Shown: positions 60,168 to 64,000 of the stretch, in pieces
Numbering within the stretch: the stretch's first letter is position 1
Layout: every line of letters starts with the position of its first letter
Origin: Ostreococcus lucimarinus
Lineage: Eukaryota
Direction: 5' to 3' (one strand)
NCBI GenBank assembly: GCA_000092065.1
Contig: CP000584.1
Length of the DNA: 64,000 nucleotides
The notes under the pieces: generated by a model
Seen by the model: only the letters and a program-made list of their open reading frames with translations
What the model was told of the DNA's origin: nothing
Databases searched by the model: none
Program-made: the position numbers and the translations under genes

Positions 60168-62300
60168 TCAAGACGTCCTTCTCCACGCGCGGTCCGCCTC
60201 GCTCGGCGACGCCTCGTCGTCGAGCAAAACTTGTTGATCGTCGTCTCGACGCATTTGCCCGCGTTCGAGCCAGTCGATGTCGTCGTCATCCTTCAGGATA
60301 CTCACTCGGGGTCCACGTGCCGCTTGAGATTCGCCACCAAAGTACTTCGGGTCGTAGAACAACGACGTACACAGCGCGATGAACTCAAACACCGAAAAGA
60401 GAGGCGTCAAGACAATCGTCAACACAAATAGGATGTTGTAATATATTGCGCCGGACACGACACCTTGCGATAAATCGGCGACGGACGCGCTCTTGTAAAA
60501 CCCAATGGCATACTTGAATGTCACACAAGCGGTGATGAAACCAACGATGCAAGAGACTGCAAACGTGTCCGCGCCGCTCGAACGCAAACACCAAGGAGCG
60601 AAAGCGCTGAGCACGGGAGCGATGGTCGAGAAGCCCGCGCTCACGCACGCAAGCGTTAAAGAAGCGCGATGCGAGTGATCGAGCGCACTCTCGTCGCGCA
60701 TCAAAACCAGCGCACTATGGTGATCTCGCGCTCGAAGTTTAAACAATTTCCAGACGTTGCTCGTCGGTATCGGCACGTGAACGCCCGCATCCAACCAGGA
60801 GAACTTGACGCCGTTGTTTGAACATCGCAACGCGAAAGCCGTGAGCTCAAAGCCGTCGTGCACGTCCATGTCGGCGAACCCAACTGCGAGCTCGAGTTCG
60901 TTTGGAACTACTAAATATGTGTTCGGAATCGGAGCGACGACGCGCGAGTGCTTCGCATACATCATTCGTAACGCACCGTACGATTCGCCTGCGCGGATGC
61001 ACTCTGCCATGGCTGGGATCCATTGAAACACGCTTTCGACGCCATCGATGAAGGAATTCGATGTTCGAGTGATTCCAGGAAGCACCGCACCTTGCGCGAG
61101 CCGGCGCACGTGTGTGTCCCCACGCCCAGACAAAGCCGCGAGACGTGTTTCTCGCGCGCAGTGTGCGAGCACGGCATCAACCGCTCGCACGTTCAGCAAC
61201 GAATCCGATCCTAAATGCACCACCCAGTCTCCCCATGTCGCCGAACTTGCACGCGTGGCGAAGTTCAACAACCCGCTGCTTCCTTGAACTTTGTAATTCA
61301 TCTCCAATGGAACCACAAGCTCGCTGACGCACGACGACGACACGCCAATCTCTTTTGTCGTCACCACTTCGATTTCAAACAACGTCGTCGGTATTGCGCG
61401 TTGCAGAATATCCACCGCCACGTCCACAGCGCGCTTCACTGCAAGTGGCTTCGCGTCACGTGATATGTGGAATCTAAAGTAAATTTTTCCGCCTAGCTCC
61501 TCCAATAGCTTTGAACGGTCGGGATAAGCCTCTAACCACACCGGCGGCCAGGTGAGGTACGCCGTGACGTGAGCGACGGCTGAAGGAATCGCTATGAAGC
61601 TCGCGACCGAAATAATCATCCAAACCACGTTTTCTAATGCATTTAACTCCAACACTTCCCCAGTTGGATTGAGGTAGGCGCCGAGCGCAGTGACGATGAC
61701 GAACGCGAAGACTAGCGCCATGAAGGAAGCGTACAAGCAGAACAGGCGACACAAAAGTGTGAAGGTCACCGGTTTATATGCTCGGCGCTCCGCCTTCCGA
61801 CGCAGGGCTTCTTTCGATGACTTGCCCGAGGCACTTTTCTTTCGCCCTCGTTCGGTTGCATCCCCTGAGCGGCGAGTACTCGCTCCGCTCCGACGAGACC
61901 TCGTACCGTGCGACGAAGCGGGCTTCTTCACACCACTCAGTAAACCTGTGGTGATCGCCGCGTCCTGACCCCTTGCGAGTGTTTCTGCGGCATCTTCGAA
62001 TGCATCCGCGTCTTCGCCGTCATCATCTGAATCGCTCGCGTCACCCGCGCGCATGTCGCCGTCGTCCTCTACGTCGGTGACGTACGCGTCCGAACTCGTC
62101 GTCGACGGCTCGTCGTCATCGAAACCACTCGCCGCGAGCGCGCGCGTGAGATCATCTGGTTCATCTCCGGGTAATCGTACGCCATCATTCTCTCTCCCCG
62201 GTAAAACCGCTCGCCAGCTCGGGTCGTTTTGATTGAGCGCCATCGCTGCTTGCGTCAAGGAGGACGGCGATCTTCCCTCGCGTCGTCCGTGTTGGCGCAC
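60168..62300 (-). CDS. polytopic membrane protein with cytoplasmic GT-A-like domain (tentative GT2-type glycosyltransferase)
   Basis: 710-aa ORF. Acidic or disordered N-terminal 180 aa. 2-3 TM helices. About 300 aa globular domain (RFHISRDAKPLAVKRAVDVAVDIL...WVVHLGSDS...SNVWKLFKLR). 4-5 C-terminal TM helices. The topology resembles membrane-embedded GT2 synthases, but the assignment is weak. Confidence 0.4.
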   Translation of the reverse strand: MRQHGRREGRSPSSLTQAAMALNQNDPSWRAVLPGRENDGVRLPGDEPDDLTRALAASGFDDDEPSTTSSDAYVTDVEDDGDMRAGDASDSDDDGEDADAFEDAAETLARGQDAAITTGLLSGVKKPASSHGTRSRRSGASTRRSGDATERGRKKSASGKSSKEALRRKAERRAYKPVTFTLLCRLFCLYASFMALVFAFVIVTALGAYLNPTGEVLELNALENVVWMIISVASFIAIPSAVAHVTAYLTWPPVWLEAYPDRSKLLEELGGKIYFRFHISRDAKPLAVKRAVDVAVDILQRAIPTTLFEIEVVTTKEIGVSSSCVSELVVPLEMNYKVQGSSGLLNFATRASSATWGDWVVHLGSDSLLNVRAVDAVLAHCARETRLAALSGRGDTHVRRLAQGAVLPGITRTSNSFIDGVESVFQWIPAMAECIRAGESYGALRMMYAKHSRVVAPIPNTYLVVPNELELAVGFADMDVHDGFELTAFALRCSNNGVKFSWLDAGVHVPIPTSNVWKLFKLRARDHHSALVLMRDESALDHSHRASLTLACVSAGFSTIAPVLSAFAPWCLRSSGADTFAVSCIVGFITACVTFKYAIGFYKSASVADLSQGVVSGAIYYNILFVLTIVLTPLFSVFEFIALCTSLFYDPKYFGGESQAARGPRVSILKDDDDIDWLERGQMRRDDDQQVLLDDEASPSEADRAWRRTS

Positions 62301-62474
62301 CGAGGGCGACGACGGCGACGCTTGCGTCTGCGTCTACTTCTCCGTCGTTTTCGTCGTCGCCGTCGATTCCGTTTACACCGCCGCGCCCGCCACGCGACGG
62401 GACGCGTCTCACTGTGCGGATTTCGTTTAGTGTTGAACGGCTTACGACGTGAGAGCGCGGCGCGCGCGGGGGCG

Positions 62475-64000
62475 ATGTCGGAATCAACTGTGTCCGTATC
62501 GCTCGCCGGCGACGCCGACGCCACCGCGCGAGTCGGCGGCGACGTCGGGACAAACGAGGCGACGACGACGACGACGACGCCGACGACGACGGGAGCGACG
62601 AAGCCACGCCACAGGAACTTTCGCCGTCGGGCAGCGCATGATCGAAGGGAGCGATGGAGGCAGGCACAGACGGCCAACTGGCGCCGAGGCGCGGAGACTG
62701 ACAGCGAAGACCACAGCGATTCATCGCACTCGGACGCCGTGATGCGTTGGAAGCAAGGATCGAGCGCCGACGAGGCCGACGAGATTGACCTCAAAATGCC
62801 AGAGCACTTAAAGCCGGTATTCGTGCAAGGAAAGTTGATGATGCGAAAGAAAAAGCAGTCCAGCGCGCATGTGCGGTCGAAAAAGACGCTTCACGCGTCG
62901 AGTTCCGAGACGGCTTCGCACTCGTCGCGAAGTATATCTGAATGGGAGCGCGCGCAGACTGCCGCTTGGCGTGGGCAAGAGCAAGCGGTTCCATCTGGTT
63001 TGCAAGACTGGGACGACGACGACGACGACGATTTTGCGAATCGGTTGCGCCAGCCCTTGAAGTTGCCATCCACAGTCGCGTCGAGTAGTAGTAGCAGTAG
63101 CAGCAGCAGCTCTTCGAGCTCTTCGAGCGGCAGTGGCAACGATGGCTCGGCGAAAAAAGCGCCGTCGAAGCCCAAACCATCGATGCTCACCAGACAAGAT
63201 CACATCAGGCACGTTGATGAGAGTGACAAGGAGTATTACACCCCTACTGACTCCGACGACACGTTTGAATCCACTGACGGTGACGATGCGAGCGCCGAAT
63301 GCGAGGACGACGAGGTCGACGAATTTGATGAAGAGTTTGACGACGACGAGAACGGCGCTGAAGCGCGAAAAAAGTTGAGAAAGAAAAAGAAAAGAACAGA
63401 CAAAAGGGCGTTGGGTAAAGCTCTCACGCCGCCGATGAGTCCGAAGAGCAAGGCGAGGCATCGTTGCATCAAAGGAGAGCTCGCAGCGTCAAAGGCACGA
63501 ACGGAAGCGCTTCGCGCGCAGCACGCCGCCGTCAAGTACGCATTGGAAGTGGAGAGCGAAACAGGCGAGCGTGTGGTGAATGATGAGCTCAGTCTGGTGC
63601 TCGCCGAAGCTAGCAAAGAGAGTGGAACGATCGACGCCGGGATGCGAGTGCGCGCGAGCATGTTTGCGAAGACAAACGGGCTTTCACCTTTACCGGTTTG
63701 CACGTGCAACGAGACGCCCATGACGCTCATCGGCTCCAATCACAAAGGTTCGTGTGCGGCGTATTGCCAAATTCACATGCCGTTTGCGGCTGCGAAAATG
63801 GGGGTGTACGGAACTTCGCATAGTGAAAATCACGTCGAAGAGGCGACTCGACGTCTACGAGCGGTGTATCTAGAAGAGAAGGCGATCGAAGAAAAGCAAA
63901 AGCAAAAGGTGCGAAATGCTGAAGCGCGACGAAAAGCGCGAGGTGACTTTTCGTGGGCGAAGGGTGGAGCCCTGGAACGTCAAGCTGGTGATTCGAGTGA
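62475..64000 (+). CDS. 5' part of a gene that runs off the window (acidic/Ser-rich protein with basic patch and C-terminal Cys/His-containing region)
   Basis: Frame 0 is open from the stop at 62202 to the window end. The first ATG is 62475 (MSESTVSVSL...). (S)n and D/E tracts, KKLRKKKKRTDKR, then ...CTCNETPMTLIGSNHKGSCAAYCQIHMPF.... Absent from the ORF track because it has no in-window stop. Confidence 0.45.
   Translation, partial: MSESTVSVSLAGDADATARVGGDVGTNEATTTTTTPTTTGATKPRHRNFRRRAAHDRRERWRQAQTANWRRGAETDSEDHSDSSHSDAVMRWKQGSSADEADEIDLKMPEHLKPVFVQGKLMMRKKKQSSAHVRSKKTLHASSSETASHSSRSISEWERAQTAAWRGQEQAVPSGLQDWDDDDDDDFANRLRQPLKLPSTVASSSSSSSSSSSSSSSSGSGNDGSAKKAPSKPKPSMLTRQDHIRHVDESDKEYYTPTDSDDTFESTDGDDASAECEDDEVDEFDEEFDDDENGAEARKKLRKKKKRTDKRALGKALTPPMSPKSKARHRCIKGELAASKARTEALRAQHAAVKYALEVESETGERVVNDELSLVLAEASKESGTIDAGMRVRASMFAKTNGLSPLPVCTCNETPMTLIGSNHKGSCAAYCQIHMPFAAAKMGVYGTSHSENHVEEATRRLRAVYLEEKAIEEKQKQKVRNAEARRKARGDFSWAKGGALERQAGDSS

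Noticed and set aside
1-64000. Prokaryotic or giant-virus origin; operon, CRISPR or defence-island interpretation
   Set aside because: The window has spliceosomal introns with branch sites, TGTAA poly(A) signals, ORC1, ataxin-2, DDX3, HBS1 and SPX genes, and organellar presequences. There is no Shine-Dalgarno-spaced co-directional gene cluster and no repeat-spacer array. The tandem repeats seen are coding microsatellites or a single duplicated promoter unit.

Overview
The window is GC-rich, very gene-dense eukaryotic nuclear DNA. About 30-34 protein-coding genes lie on both strands with gene spacers of only tens to a few hundred bp. It is not a prokaryotic operon region or a mobile-element island.

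Lineage (inference from gene content). The most likely source is a picoplanktonic green alga, Mamiellophyceae, Micromonas/Ostreococcus-like. Supporting genes: a plant-type ORC1 with a PHD finger inserted in the BAH domain; a thylakoid-lumen type CtpA protease with a bipartite presequence; a twin-arginine DUF4336 protein; a DNMT5 cytosine methyltransferase-SNF2 fusion; an SBP2-like L7Ae protein. Sequence-level support comes from TGTAA poly(A) signals just after, or overlapping, stop codons.

Gene structure. Most genes are single long ORFs. I could identify three spliceosomal introns of 248, 340 and 247 bp. They share a GTGCGY/GTACGC donor and an ACTGAC branch site about 31-34 nt before the acceptor AG. 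Each intron changes the gene model given by the ORF track:
- DDX3/Ded1-like helicase: the first exon carries the YxPPHLR motif, and a G/W-rich segment that the ORF track leaves out is coding.
- SPX-domain gene: the first exon is a 21-codon micro-exon.
- DNMT5: an upstream exon encodes an H1-like lysine-rich, S/TPKK-type N-terminus.

Most unexpected items:
- A single-copy, host-like gene encoding a complete tyrosine recombinase (SAM-like core-binding domain plus the R-K-HxxR-H-Y catalytic set). It sits between ORC1 and an ataxin-2-like gene and looks like a Crypton-type or domesticated recombinase.
- A 1553-aa protein fusing an FSH1-type serine hydrolase, an adenylation (AMP-binding) domain, a roughly 10-TM family-3 membrane acyltransferase and a C-terminal phosphopantetheine carrier domain. 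This is a one-polypeptide, Dlt-like machine for trans-membrane acylation.

No rRNA, tRNA or CRISPR features were recognised. Many long antisense or low-complexity ORFs in the track are artefacts of GC-rich DNA. Coordinates were derived by hand-counting positions in the printed sequence and could be off by a base or two.
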